A DNA stretch of 64,000 nucleotides from Pseudobdellovibrionaceae bacterium (GCA_044359815.1 JBIKLL010000006.1:1-64000), one strand, 5' to 3'. Counted from the stretch's first letter, positions 30,570-41,373 are shown. Made by a program: numbers and translations. Notes: a model not told the origin generated them from the letters alone.

Positions 30570-31463
30570 TCAAGATTTCTTAGCAAGTTTTATTACGCGG
30601 TCATTGACCTCGGCCACCAGGACCGTAACATCGCGGACCGGTTCGCTCACTCCCGTAAATTGCTCCAACTGAAACAACAGTTCATTTCTGACTTCATGAA
30701 CTCCGGATTTAGGTGATCGCAGCAAAGATTTTTGCACACCTTCCCGTCCAAAAGTTTGGTGACTAGAGTTTTCAGCCTCAATCATTCCTTCAGTACATAA
30801 AATTAATCTGTCCCGGGGCCCCAAGTTCATACTATGACCCAGGGGATTCATCGAATAACCTCGACAAAGCTTTTCACCCGAGGGTTCCAACTGAATCAAT
30901 CTGCCCTCTGCGTTCACCTGCAAAAGCCCCAAAACATTTCCGATGCTAGAGTATTTGACCTCAAAGTTGCGTCGGTCAATGACTGCATAAAACACACTGG
31001 CTGAATCATCGCCTTCGATATTGGGAACGACTTCGGATACCATTTTTTTGATTACTTTTTCTGGCTCTAAGCCTTTGCGGGCCTCAATCTGCGCAGAAAA
31101 TTTAATTAAAACTCCAATCAAAGCGGCTGACAAAACATAGCCCGAGCAGCTGGACATCAGGATACCAAATTTCATTTTATCTTCGTGTTCAAAAATTTCA
31201 AAATAGTCCCCTCCCTTTAGAGAGCCAGGCACAAACTTGGATGAAAAAGACACACCCGAAATATTGGGTATTTCAACAGGTGCTAAAACCTTTTGCAGAG
31301 TTTCGGCCATTTTGACTTCTTGATTCATTTGAAGGGAAATTTTCTCGAGGGCTTCGTTGACCTTGATCAGCTCGGTTCGGTACTGAGTGATCTGCACATT
31401 TTTTTGTGCAATTTCCATCTGCAATTCTTTGATTTTTTCTTTGAGCTGATTTTCGCTAGACAT
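30570..31463 (-). CDS. PP2C/SpoIIE-type phosphatase-domain protein with N-terminal coiled coil
   Basis: GGDYF, LCTEG (for TDG), RDVTVL; metal ligands look partly degenerate. Confidence 0.7.
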   Translation of the reverse strand: MSSENQLKEKIKELQMEIAQKNVQITQYRTELIKVNEALEKISLQMNQEVKMAETLQKVLAPVEIPNISGVSFSSKFVPGSLKGGDYFEIFEHEDKMKFGILMSSCSGYVLSAALIGVLIKFSAQIEARKGLEPEKVIKKMVSEVVPNIEGDDSASVFYAVIDRRNFEVKYSSIGNVLGLLQVNAEGRLIQLEPSGEKLCRGYSMNPLGHSMNLGPRDRLILCTEGMIEAENSSHQTFGREGVQKSLLRSPKSGVHEVRNELLFQLEQFTGVSEPVRDVTVLVAEVNDRVIKLAKKS

Positions 31464-31602
31464 AATTTAAGCTGAGCACAAAAATCAATTGCGGGCAAAT
31501 TAACAAATCCTTTTTCCACTGGCCTTAAGTATTGGCAATTGCCTCTAGAACCATTTTTAAATAATTTGATTAATATATTTTTACAATCTGATACTTACCA
31601 AG

Positions 31603-32322
31603 TTATCGCGACAATAGATCGTATCTGACACTTTTACCTTGGTAGCAGTGAATGACTTTGTATTGATGTTCCCTGGACTTCAAAGGCTGCTTTACAACCA
31701 CTCGTTTTGCACTGCTGGCCAATGCGGCATCAATCAAAATTTGCAAATCGCTTTTTAGATTTAATTTTCTGAAAACCTGCATGGATTTTTTGGGCTTGGC
31801 CGAACCCAGTTCGCCTTCGAACATGGGATCCAAATAAATATTAAATGAACCTTCAGAATTGAAATTGATCAAAAACTTCTGGCAGTCTGCAAAATGCAGT
31901 TCAAAATGACTTTGAATTTTTTTATCCGCTTGTTGCAAAGCTGACTGCAACAACAAAAAAACTAAAGGATCTTTTTCACACCCAATAACACGAGCGCCTA
32001 ATTCAATTAAAAACCGGCTGTCCTTACCCAGGCCCACAGTCGCATCAATTACCAAGTCACCGGATTTTCTGATTTCCAAAGCTTTAGCCATGAGCTCATT
32101 TTTGCCTTTTAAAATCTTGGGCTTTTTTTCAGGTTTAAAACTGTCGATTTCAAAATCACCTAATTCTGAATCCCACCAAATCAATTTATCCCCGCTCAGT
32201 TTCAAATAGCTTTTATCATCAGTGGGCCGATCGATTTGATCGAAACAATCATCCAAAATATTTTTATAGGGTTTTAACCAGTCAGGAATTTCTGTCGTAA
32301 AACAGTAGCTGTATCGATTCAT
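31603..32322 (-). CDS. rsmJ: RsmJ-like SAM methyltransferase
   Basis: VIDATVGLGKDS, YLDPMF, KRVVVK, GKSVRYD. Confidence 0.75.
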   Translation of the reverse strand: MNRYSYCFTTEIPDWLKPYKNILDDCFDQIDRPTDDKSYLKLSGDKLIWWDSELGDFEIDSFKPEKKPKILKGKNELMAKALEIRKSGDLVIDATVGLGKDSRFLIELGARVIGCEKDPLVFLLLQSALQQADKKIQSHFELHFADCQKFLINFNSEGSFNIYLDPMFEGELGSAKPKKSMQVFRKLNLKSDLQILIDAALASSAKRVVVKQPLKSREHQYKVIHCYQGKSVRYDLLSR

Positions 32323-33393
32323 CTAAAAAAACGTCAGATACCATGAGCTTTCCAAGGCCCACAGTGCAATCAAGAAAATATATAAATACCTGGCAGTCTT
32401 TACGGTTCTGGCCATCGATGAGCCCACTGGTGATTCCGTGACGTTCAAACTAAACACCAAGGGCAGAATCAGTAGTATCGATACAAAAATCATCAAAACC
32501 GCCCACCAATGAGAACAATAAAGCCAATGGTAAACGCCAATCATTAACAGCCAAGAAATCCACCAAAACTTGATCAGTTCTTTGCTTTTCTCGAAACCCA
32601 GGTTTGAAACTGAATTATAGATTTTGGCTTTTGAATTCACCATCAGCATTTCAAAATTTTTGATGTGGATGTAATAGACCGCAAACCATCCAGACAGAAT
32701 CCCAATAAAAATAACTTCCAGATCAAAACCGCCACCCAGGGCCCCTTGGTACCCAATCGTCAAAAGTGGTCCCAACAAAAAAAACGAAAACACTTCAGAC
32801 CATTTTCGCAATTTCAAGCCGCTTTTGAAAGACATCACTCCTAAAAATCCCAAAACCAATGACAAGACTGTGACATATAAAACTTCTGTGTAAGCCAACA
32901 GTGCCGGAAATCCCAAAACCACCCCGGCAATCATCAAAGCTGTCGACAATTTTTTAAGGGTTATTGCCCGCACCCAACCCTTTTGGATCGCACGACTTCC
33001 AGATTGTGGATGGATACGATCAAGCCCCAGGACATGGTCGATATAATCATTTCTGATATTGATGGATGCATGCAACAGGATTGCGCCCAAAGCCCCCATG
33101 CCCCCAAACAGAGGATCCAACATAGTTTCATCGATCCAATTTTTTGTGCTGACTAAAAATATTGGCAGCATAACCAAAATAAAATTTCTGAGCTTTAGAA
33201 TTTGTCCCCACATCACAATCAGATTGGGTTTTTCAATTTCAGATCGCAGAACAATATTAAAAGTTACCTCTTCTTTGTCGGTATTTATATTTAATGATTC
33301 AACGGGCAGTGCCCGTTTTTCCTTGGAAAATGTACCCAGCAAATATTTTTCAAAATTCGGATCAGACTTTGAGACTGTGATTAGCTCGCCCAT
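32323..33393 (-). CDS. UbiA/MenA-family prenyltransferase
   Basis: NDYIDHVLGLD, GSRAIQKG, TM helices. Confidence 0.75.
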   Translation of the reverse strand: MGELITVSKSDPNFEKYLLGTFSKEKRALPVESLNINTDKEEVTFNIVLRSEIEKPNLIVMWGQILKLRNFILVMLPIFLVSTKNWIDETMLDPLFGGMGALGAILLHASINIRNDYIDHVLGLDRIHPQSGSRAIQKGWVRAITLKKLSTALMIAGVVLGFPALLAYTEVLYVTVLSLVLGFLGVMSFKSGLKLRKWSEVFSFFLLGPLLTIGYQGALGGGFDLEVIFIGILSGWFAVYYIHIKNFEMLMVNSKAKIYNSVSNLGFEKSKELIKFWWISWLLMIGVYHWLYCSHWWAVLMIFVSILLILPLVFSLNVTESPVGSSMARTVKTARYLYIFLIALWALESSWYLTFF

Positions 33394-34368
33394 TTATCTG
33401 GATTTTCTCCAGTACAAATAATCCGGCAGTTTAGACATCTGATCAACCAAACCCTTTTCAGAATCTGGAATCAATTTCTGAACAGACTTCAGATGATGTT
33501 GATATAAATTGATTAAAAAATCGTTCATCTGATCAAATTTTTCAACCGCTTGATCAAAATTTTTCTTGCCCCCAACCGCTTCATAAACCTGGGCCAGATC
33601 CTTGCAATTTTTAAATTGGACTTTCTGTTTTGAATCCATCGCTTTTGTCAGAAAACATGTGAACGAGTTAAAATATCCAGCCTTCAGATCGCCCAGCACA
33701 GTTTTGTTTTCATCGTTTCTGATATTGTAATCCAACATATCATCCGAACGTTGAAATAGCTGACCTAGCAGTGTTCCCATCTCTTCCAAATGTGTGTGAA
33801 CCTGATGATCGTAATTTTCCTGAGCCAAAAACGGAGCCCGCAAACACCATTTAAACAAACTGGCAGTTTTTAAATTGTGAACTCTATCCAACTGGCTGAG
33901 CTCGACATGAATGTCGCCCACCAACGAATCCTGCAGCCATTCACCCTCTAACAAATCCGAAATAATTTCTGAAGTGTATTGCACCAATCGAATGTTTCCA
34001 AATCCCGACAGATTAACCATGACCCGAGCTAGCAGATAATCCCCAGCCAACACAGCGTATTCGGGTGTGTATTTGGTCCACGCTGCGGCCTTACCCCTAC
34101 GCAGTGCTGACCTGTCCACCAGGTCATCATGCAAGAGCGAAGCATTATGAATAAATTCGATGGTCTGACACAACAACTGCACAGTCTTAGGCTCAAAGTT
34201 CTTATAGGCTGAGATCATCTGCACCAGTTGTGACCTAAAGCCTTTGCCTCCTGTAAACAAGTCGTCGTACAAATTGTTTAGTTTTGGCAAATAGGCCGGA
34301 AAATCCTTGTGGTCGTAAATCTTGGGATTGTATTTTCTGGGTTTAGTTTTCTGAACTTCTGTTTCCAT
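33394..34368 (-). CDS. Polyprenyl diphosphate synthase
   Basis: GGKGFR, LLHDDLVD, KTASLF, FQRSDDMLD. Confidence 0.9.
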   Translation of the reverse strand: METEVQKTKPRKYNPKIYDHKDFPAYLPKLNNLYDDLFTGGKGFRSQLVQMISAYKNFEPKTVQLLCQTIEFIHNASLLHDDLVDRSALRRGKAAAWTKYTPEYAVLAGDYLLARVMVNLSGFGNIRLVQYTSEIISDLLEGEWLQDSLVGDIHVELSQLDRVHNLKTASLFKWCLRAPFLAQENYDHQVHTHLEEMGTLLGQLFQRSDDMLDYNIRNDENKTVLGDLKAGYFNSFTCFLTKAMDSKQKVQFKNCKDLAQVYEAVGGKKNFDQAVEKFDQMNDFLINLYQHHLKSVQKLIPDSEKGLVDQMSKLPDYLYWRKSR

Positions 34369-34431
34369 TTATAACTCGGTGCAGGTTTCCTTTACATTTC
34401 ATCCGGAGCAGGCTGTAAGTCAACATCTAGC

Positions 34432-34821
34432 ATGGATTCAGCACAAATAAAAATCAGATTTAGCCAGTGTGACTCAGCAGGCATCATGCTGTTTTCAAAG
34501 GCCTTTGAAATTTACCATGACAACTTGGAAGACTTTGTTTGTAAGCGCTTTAATATCGAGTGGAAGCACTATTTTGACAACGATCAATTTGCCTTTCCAT
34601 TGGTTCACGCAGGCGCTGATTTTAAGGCTCCAGTGAAAGCCAATCAAATCCTGGAATTGCAATTTGATTGCAGCCTCAAATCGGAATCTACCTTTGCTGT
34701 GGCAGCCAAGGCTTCGATTGATGGCCGTTTGGCTTTTACGATTGAATCTGTCCATGTTTGTGTCAGCAAATCCACAGGGCTTAAAACAAAATTACCTGCA
34801 TTTATCGCAGACAAGTTTTAG
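34432..34821 (+). CDS. Hotdog-fold acyl-CoA thioesterase (possible DHNA-CoA thioesterase)
   Basis: IRFSQCDSAGIM, PLVHAGADFKAP; men cluster context. Confidence 0.75.
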   Translation: MDSAQIKIRFSQCDSAGIMLFSKAFEIYHDNLEDFVCKRFNIEWKHYFDNDQFAFPLVHAGADFKAPVKANQILELQFDCSLKSESTFAVAAKASIDGRLAFTIESVHVCVSKSTGLKTKLPAFIADKF

Positions 34822-34904
34822 TCAGCAGCAATTTTTTTTAAAGACTTATTTGAATTTGCGTTTTCAATATTTCAATTATCTGGCCTGATTTTGAAAAACT
34901 GAAA

Positions 34905-36014
34905 TCAGACTAAATCGATTTCGGTAATGTCTTTTCGAGTGATCAACGTTTGAGTGATTTCAGAATACAAAACCTTACCTAAATTGGATTTGGGGATTCC
35001 ATTTAAAACCACCAATTTTTTGATTCTTTCCAAAGGCATACAGCTTTTATTCCACGCTTCGATTTTGGTTTTAGCCTGGGCAATCTGATCTGCTGCACCC
35101 ACGACGCCAATTATTTTTGCGCCAGTTCTAGAATCTGGTAGCGAAGTCACCGCAAAATCCAAAACATCTTCAAACTGATTTCGCAGTTTAAATAACGACA
35201 CTAATTCTCCGTTTATTTTGATGGTCTCGCCGGATCTTCCCAAAGGCTTCAAATATCCACCATCAATTAAAACCTGATCAGAAGTCTTCAGTCCTAAATG
35301 CTTGTCGACAGGTATCCAGCTTTCGTTTTCAACATACCCTTCGCACACAGCTGCTGACCTGACCATCAATAGTCCGTCTAAAACCTGAGCTTGAATATGA
35401 TTTAAAATTTTTAATTGAGGATACTGATCCTGACTGACAGACACTGCCGTTGCAATCTGCGAAGCAACCTCGGTCATGCCAAAGGTTGGATACAATTTCC
35501 AACCCAGCTTCACCGCTGCAAAATACAGATCTGGATTCAGCGCTGCCCCACCCACAAAAATGCATCTCAAGCTTTTCGGACTGATCATTTGCTTCTGAAC
35601 CAAATCAAAAATCTGAGTGGGAACCAAAGAAGTCACGGTGATCTGATTGTCACTGCAAATTTTTGAAAATTTAATTGGATCCCAGCCAAAGGGATCAGCA
35701 TCAATTACAAAACTGCTCAGTTCCTGTGCCCTAAAAAAGGTCGCCAGTCCACCGACATGAAATTTAGGCAATACATTTAAAAAAATATCTTCACTGGTCA
35801 GCCCCATTATTTGATTAACGGCATTGGCGCTGGCACACATCGCAGCTTCGGTTAAACACACTAACTTGGGGATTCCCTGACTGCCACTGCTAGCAAACCA
35901 ATAGCTGCCTTGCGGCCCTGAATCTCGAAATTTAAAAAAATTTTCGGTCAGATATTTTTTCTGATCCCAATCCAGATTTGGGTTCAACAAAAGACCAGGC
36001 TGCACGGGTATCAT
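34905..36014 (-). CDS. menE: O-succinylbenzoate--CoA ligase
   Basis: SSGSQGIPK, HVGG, TSLVPTQ, FGMTE; ATGA overlap with menC. Confidence 0.8.
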   Translation of the reverse strand: MIPVQPGLLLNPNLDWDQKKYLTENFFKFRDSGPQGSYWFASSGSQGIPKLVCLTEAAMCASANAVNQIMGLTSEDIFLNVLPKFHVGGLATFFRAQELSSFVIDADPFGWDPIKFSKICSDNQITVTSLVPTQIFDLVQKQMISPKSLRCIFVGGAALNPDLYFAAVKLGWKLYPTFGMTEVASQIATAVSVSQDQYPQLKILNHIQAQVLDGLLMVRSAAVCEGYVENESWIPVDKHLGLKTSDQVLIDGGYLKPLGRSGETIKINGELVSLFKLRNQFEDVLDFAVTSLPDSRTGAKIIGVVGAADQIAQAKTKIEAWNKSCMPLERIKKLVVLNGIPKSNLGKVLYSEITQTLITRKDITEIDLV

Positions 36015-37003
36015 CGGATTAAAACCCAATCTAAATTTTCCAAAATATCATCAAAGCCCACACCTGTACCCATAGGCTGCACCAAATAAGGCCCTGAAGT
36101 TATAAACTGAGCCGAAAACGCATTTGCTTGATAGGCTCGATTTGTTAAACACCCACACTCAAGCAATCTGACTGTATGAGTTTTTTTAAACTCAGAGGCC
36201 ACAGCTAATGCATGAGCAGCTCCAACGGGATGATCCAATGAACTGGTGATCACAGCTTTCAAATCATGCTTAACAATTCGCATAGTGGCTTCTTCAATAT
36301 CCATTCTGGCAGGTTTTAGTACGACAATCTTAAATGGGGGTTTCTCGGGCAAAGTATCCCAGTCCACTTTGACAATTTCATGATCAATCGCTAAAGGCAG
36401 CAGCTTACTGGCATCAGTCCACAGTGCCAAATCCCAGGGAAAGGGATCCTCTACAAATTCAATTTTTGCTTTTTCAGGTTGCGACAGCAGCGAACTGAAT
36501 CTTTGCAGAAACTGAAAATCAGCCGTTGAATTAAAATCCAGTCGAACCATTACAGGGTGTTGTCTGATCAACCTGGATACAAACTTAGCTTCTTCAAAAG
36601 GATCTACCCCTAATTTTATTTTGAAGGTCGTAAATCCAGCACTACGCACCTCCATGATCATCGAATCCTTACATGTGCTGTAGTCAGTGATCAAAAAATG
36701 ATTTTTAACTTTCGGCAATCCCTCAAACAAACTTTTTTTATCGGCTCGAGCTTTTGCATCCAGCCTGGCCAACCAAACTGCTTGTTCAACCAGCTCTGAC
36801 ATTTTACCTGATTCTAAATCCTCTAACTGGGCATCCAAATTTTTGTCACCCAATTCAGGCCACGGATGCAAATCTGCGTATCCAGTCAGATTGTTTGGCC
36901 ATTGGATTTTCAACAAACTGCCTGATCGGAGTTCATTTTTTGCCAAGGCTCCAAATTTTGAAACCGGTTCCAAGGTGTATTTATGAGACCAAAATTTTAA
37001 CAT
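36011..37003 (-). CDS. menC: O-succinylbenzoate synthase
   Basis: PWPELGD, FKIKLG, RLDFN, FVEDP, AIDHE, LKPA. Confidence 0.82.
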   Translation of the reverse strand: MLKFWSHKYTLEPVSKFGALAKNELRSGSLLKIQWPNNLTGYADLHPWPELGDKNLDAQLEDLESGKMSELVEQAVWLARLDAKARADKKSLFEGLPKVKNHFLITDYSTCKDSMIMEVRSAGFTTFKIKLGVDPFEEAKFVSRLIRQHPVMVRLDFNSTADFQFLQRFSSLLSQPEKAKIEFVEDPFPWDLALWTDASKLLPLAIDHEIVKVDWDTLPEKPPFKIVVLKPARMDIEEATMRIVKHDLKAVITSSLDHPVGAAHALAVASEFKKTHTVRLLECGCLTNRAYQANAFSAQFITSGPYLVQPMGTGVGFDDILENLDWVLIR

Positions 37004-37881
37004 AGCAAAAATCCCACGCTGGCCAAAACCCCAAAACTCAAATGCAACAATGCACTTTTGGCCAATAGTCCGTTAAATGCTTTGCTGGGTTCATTGGTAA
37101 AAACAAAATGAATAATAAATCCAGCTAACGGCAATACCATTAGGGTCATCAATGGAACCATAGAAAGCCCCCTGCCCCACCAATAAAAATTCAGCAACAA
37201 GGGTGCTATAATCAAACCTGCTATTTCGTATCTGGCTACTTGTTTGCCAAATCTTACGGGGATGGTTTTTTTGCCAACCACTTTGTCGGTTTCAACGTCC
37301 CGCAGATTATTGACTGCAATCAATACCGCACATAACAATCCAACCTGTAATCCCAAAACAAACAGCTCTGTGGTAAACTGTTTCAGTTGCAAAAATCCAT
37401 AGCCCATTACGGCGATCACTCCAAAAAATAAAATCACAAACAAATCCCCTAGTCCCAAATACGCCAATGGAAAAGGCCCTCCGGTATAGGAATAAGCTAA
37501 AAATAAAGAAATCATTCCGATCACCAAAATCGTCCAACCGCCTTGAGCCACCAACCAAGACCCCAGGACAAAGGCCATCAGCAAAAATAATCCGGCAGCA
37601 AACCACACATACTGAATCGGAATCAATCCGGCCGCTGTGACCCTGGTGGGGCCGATTCGGTCCGGTGTGTCCGCACCCTTTTTAAAATCAATGGCATCAT
37701 TAAATAAATTGGTCGCGATTTGGATAAACAAAGCACACAACAATGTGACTACAAATATTCTGACATCAAACATTTGGTACTGACTGTACAAAAACGCCGA
37801 GGCAGCCACAATTGGCACAACAGCGGCGGTCAGGGTCTTGGGCCGAAAAGCCAATATCCAATACTTAACAACATTCAGCAT
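36997..37881 (-). CDS. menA: 1,4-dihydroxy-2-naphthoate polyprenyltransferase
   Basis: RPKTL, NDAIDFKKGAD, YTGGPFPLAYLGLGD, NNLRD..TD. Confidence 0.93.
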   Translation of the reverse strand: MLNVVKYWILAFRPKTLTAAVVPIVAASAFLYSQYQMFDVRIFVVTLLCALFIQIATNLFNDAIDFKKGADTPDRIGPTRVTAAGLIPIQYVWFAAGLFLLMAFVLGSWLVAQGGWTILVIGMISLFLAYSYTGGPFPLAYLGLGDLFVILFFGVIAVMGYGFLQLKQFTTELFVLGLQVGLLCAVLIAVNNLRDVETDKVVGKKTIPVRFGKQVARYEIAGLIIAPLLLNFYWWGRGLSMVPLMTLMVLPLAGFIIHFVFTNEPSKAFNGLLAKSALLHLSFGVLASVGFLLC

Positions 37882-37941
37882 TCGGGCACATTAGCAGAAA
37901 TTCTTAGTGATGACGAAAATTTTCTGCAGTAGATAGATTAA

Positions 37942-39150
37942 ATGATTACTTATTTGATGATTGGTTTGGTTTTAGGAATCGCCTTCGGTGCTGGCTGCAT
38001 ATTTATTTGGCAGCGCGCCAAATTTTTTGACTCAGAAATGCGATCTATTCAAGCTCTAGCTGAGCTAAATGCAATCAAAGAACAGATTAAAAGCGAAAAA
38101 TCTATTCAGGAAAAATTAGGTGATCAGTTTCAGCAAATATCATCAAAATTTTACGAAGAAAAATCCAATACGATGACCCAATCCAGTATTCAGTCACTGC
38201 AGTTGCTGCTGAATCCTTTTAAGGAAAAAATCAAAGAGTTCGAAAAAAAGATCGATGATACCTATGGCAGCGAAAAAACTGAGCGCAACCTGCTGCGAGG
38301 TGAGATTTCAAAATTAATTGATTTGAATTTTAAAATTTCTGCTGAAGCCAACAATCTGTCCCGGGCACTAAAGGGCGACAACAAAACCAGTGGCAATTGG
38401 GGTGAATGGATTTTATCTAGCATTTTGGAAAAATCCGGCCTGCGCGAGGGCGAAGAATATATTTTGCAAGCTGAAAACATGAGACTTAAAAATCTGGAAG
38501 GCGATTTTATCAAGCCCGATGTGATTATCAATTTACCTGATGATAAGCACATCATTATCGATTCCAAGGTTTCACTGATGCATTATGAAAGTTACGCAAA
38601 CAGCTCAGAAGTCGCTGATCAGGATCGTTTTGCAAAGGCACAGCTGGAAAGCATTAAAAAACACATCGATGGTTTGGCCTCTAAAAGCTACCAGAGCTCT
38701 GAACGGTTGCTGACACCTGATTTTGTGATTTTGTTTATGCCTATCGAGCCTGCCTTTGCTCTGGCCTTTAAATACAGACCTGATTTGCTACAGTATGCGT
38801 GGGAAAAAAACATCGCGTTGGTTTCTCCTACGACTTTGCTGACGACTTTGAAAACAGTGGCGACACTGTGGCGGCAAGAACGCCAGCAAAGAAATGCCTT
38901 GGAAATCGCAAAACGCGGTGGAGCCTTGTACGATAAATTTGTTGGACTGGTTGAAGATTTTGAAAAGCTGGGTGAAAAAATCGATGCTGTTTCAAAACAC
39001 CATTCGGGATTAAAACAAAAGCTATCTACAGGAACCGGAAATCTAATCAGGCAAGCTGAAATGCTGCGGGAACTGGGCGCAAAAACTGAAAAAAAGCTAG
39101 CAAAGCTGGAATCCGACAACCTAAAAATCCTCGACATACCCGAAGCTTAA
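37942..39150 (+). CDS. rmuC: DNA recombination protein RmuC
   Basis: GNWGE, PDVIINLP, IIDSKVSL, DFVILFMPIE, SPTTL. Confidence 0.93.
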   Translation: MITYLMIGLVLGIAFGAGCIFIWQRAKFFDSEMRSIQALAELNAIKEQIKSEKSIQEKLGDQFQQISSKFYEEKSNTMTQSSIQSLQLLLNPFKEKIKEFEKKIDDTYGSEKTERNLLRGEISKLIDLNFKISAEANNLSRALKGDNKTSGNWGEWILSSILEKSGLREGEEYILQAENMRLKNLEGDFIKPDVIINLPDDKHIIIDSKVSLMHYESYANSSEVADQDRFAKAQLESIKKHIDGLASKSYQSSERLLTPDFVILFMPIEPAFALAFKYRPDLLQYAWEKNIALVSPTTLLTTLKTVATLWRQERQQRNALEIAKRGGALYDKFVGLVEDFEKLGEKIDAVSKHHSGLKQKLSTGTGNLIRQAEMLRELGAKTEKKLAKLESDNLKILDIPEA

Positions 39151-39231
39151 TTTTAATTAAGTTCGTTCACATCTCTACAGTATTAACAATTTTAAAACTA
39201 AAAATGTTAATACCTCTTCAGGCGACTTTAA

Positions 39232-40134
39232 CTAAAAATGCCAGGGATATTTACCGAAATCACGAGGACGTTTTTCCAAGAAAGCATCCCGACCCTCGGT
39301 GGCTTCGTCTGTCATGTAGGCCAATCTGGTGGCTTCGCCAGCAAAAATTTGCTGTCCCACTAACCCATCATCAATCAGATTCATGGCAAATTTGGACATC
39401 CTGATTGCAGTTGGGCTTTTGGTCAAAATTTCCTGACCCCATTGGATTGCAGTGGCTTCAAGCTCAGCATGGGGAACGACCTTGTTAACCATTCCCATCA
39501 TAAAAGCTTCATCGGCAGTGTATGAGCTTCCCAGAAAAAATATTTCGCGAGCACGTTTTTGCCCGACCATTCTGGCTAAGTACGCAGAACCATAACCACC
39601 ATCAAATGATGCGACATCAGTGTCGGTTTGTTTAAATACTGCGTGTTCTTTACTGGCGATTGTTAAATCACAAACCACGTGCAACGAATGCCCACCACCC
39701 ACGGCCCAACCTGGAACAACGGCAATCACAACCTTAGGCATAAATCTGATCAGTCTTTGGACTTCTAAAATATGAAGCCTTCCCAACTTTGTAGCGGCCT
39801 CAGTACTCGTTGCCCCTGAACCTTGATTGTATTGATATCCATCTTTACCGCGGATTTTCTGATCTCCGCCTGAACAAAAGGCCCAACCACCGTCTTTGGG
39901 TGATGGTCCATTACCAGTCAGTAGGACGACTCCCACATCAGAAGTTTGTCTGGCGTGATCCAAGGCCCAATATAGCTCGTCCACAGTTTGGGGTCTGAAG
40001 GCGTTTCTGACCTCGGGCCGATTAAATGCCACGCGCACAATCCCCAAGGATTCGTGCCGATCATAAGTGATGTCTTTAAAATTTTTAATTGATTTCCACA
40101 TATCAGGCAGTGCTAGCACTGCCTGATTTTGCAT
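39232..40134 (-). CDS. menB: 1,4-dihydroxy-2-naphthoyl-CoA synthase
   Basis: NRPEVRNAFRP, FCSGGDQ, GGGHSLHVVCD, SFDGGYGS. Confidence 0.95.
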   Translation of the reverse strand: MQNQAVLALPDMWKSIKNFKDITYDRHESLGIVRVAFNRPEVRNAFRPQTVDELYWALDHARQTSDVGVVLLTGNGPSPKDGGWAFCSGGDQKIRGKDGYQYNQGSGATSTEAATKLGRLHILEVQRLIRFMPKVVIAVVPGWAVGGGHSLHVVCDLTIASKEHAVFKQTDTDVASFDGGYGSAYLARMVGQKRAREIFFLGSSYTADEAFMMGMVNKVVPHAELEATAIQWGQEILTKSPTAIRMSKFAMNLIDDGLVGQQIFAGEATRLAYMTDEATEGRDAFLEKRPRDFGKYPWHF

Positions 40135-40158
40135 GCAACAATTACTGGCATCGCCTCC

Positions 40159-40287
40159 AAAAGAGACCGTACGACTTTTTCTGTCTACACCGCACGATAA
40201 AGAGTTATGGTCTCCACCAAGGTCTATTGAGCCAACGGTGCATTTTCATCGTGCGGTGTAGACAGAAAAAGTCGTACGGTCTCTTTT
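40159..40287. repeat. 129-bp palindromic element (REPIN/MITE-like), copy 2
   Basis: 40-bp perfect terminal inverted repeat sharing its outer 31 bp with copy 1; extra TACGGTCTCTTTT at 40289..40301. Confidence 0.85.
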
Positions 40288-40299
40288 ATACGGTCTCTT

Positions 40300-41136
40300 T
40301 TACAGATAAGAAAGCAGTTCTGTTTTTAGGCTAGGGGACAGGTCCCGCGAGTTTTGGACTTTTTCTTTCAGATAGTCCTTCAAATAATTGATTTCTGGTC
40401 CGCGAATCCAGTTTGAAAAACTTTTGAAATTGCTTCTGACATTAAAGGTTTCCAAATCCTGCAGCCGCCAAAAATCACAATCTATCCATCGAACTTTACC
40501 TGATGCGGAAACCGCAATATCAACGTCTTCGATGGCTATACCTCTTTCCAAAGCCTTAAGGTAAAAATCTGCAGCTTTTCTGAGGACTGGTTTTTCAACT
40601 AATAATTTCGCCGTATCACTGTCACGAGTGTAATATCCCTTAGTTGTGTAAAAAGCTTCGTCAGGAAAAAGTCTTTCCATTTTAATATAAAAATTTAATA
40701 AGCCATTTTGTAATTTCATAAATCCATAATCATAAATTTTTGGACCACCGACCAATGATCCCAGCAAAGCGCCTTCTAAAAAACCTCTCTGTAAATCAAA
40801 CAAATGATGTTTGGGATCCATCACACGAAATGTTTTTATAATCTTGCTGACTCCATTTTCACTGTAAGTGAACAAGCCCGCATTCAAACCCCCACGGGCT
40901 TCTATTTTATGAACTGTCCTGCCGTTAAACAAAAATGAATTATGATAACCAGTGATTGGCGTTAGCTCATGGGGTTGTTTGGCTTTGATAAAAAGTTCGT
41001 TGTTGAATGGAGCTATCTGAAAGGAATCATCACAGGTTGGATTGGCGGCAGCAATACAGTGATTAGTAATCGCTAAGGCAAAAACCAAAAGCAAATTGAG
41101 CTTTAATTTGGAACATTGAAAAAACATGTGGGGCAT
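40300..41136 (-). CDS. Secreted hypothetical protein, possible protein-kinase-like fold
   Basis: Hydrophobic N-terminus; GGLNAGLF, IIK, PKIYDYG, MERL, WID in kinase-like order. Confidence 0.5.
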   Translation of the reverse strand: MPHMFFQCSKLKLNLLLVFALAITNHCIAAANPTCDDSFQIAPFNNELFIKAKQPHELTPITGYHNSFLFNGRTVHKIEARGGLNAGLFTYSENGVSKIIKTFRVMDPKHHLFDLQRGFLEGALLGSLVGGPKIYDYGFMKLQNGLLNFYIKMERLFPDEAFYTTKGYYTRDSDTAKLLVEKPVLRKAADFYLKALERGIAIEDVDIAVSASGKVRWIDCDFWRLQDLETFNVRSNFKSFSNWIRGPEINYLKDYLKEKVQNSRDLSPSLKTELLSYL

Positions 41137-41373
41137 GGGCTTTTGTTAAAAGAAAACAGCATAATTTGTCATGCGATTTCTCTGAAAAACCCACCAAAAG
41201 CGTGATTTTGAATTTTTTAGATCATTTTATTTTTATAAACTGGTCCCTCTGCCTGCGGTGAATTCAAATTTACCACAGGTGATAAAACCATTTGTTTTTA
41301 TCAAACCAATAAAAACAAATGCAACAACTGGAAAAGTAATTATTAAAATCTAAAGCCTGCTAGATTGGCAATT

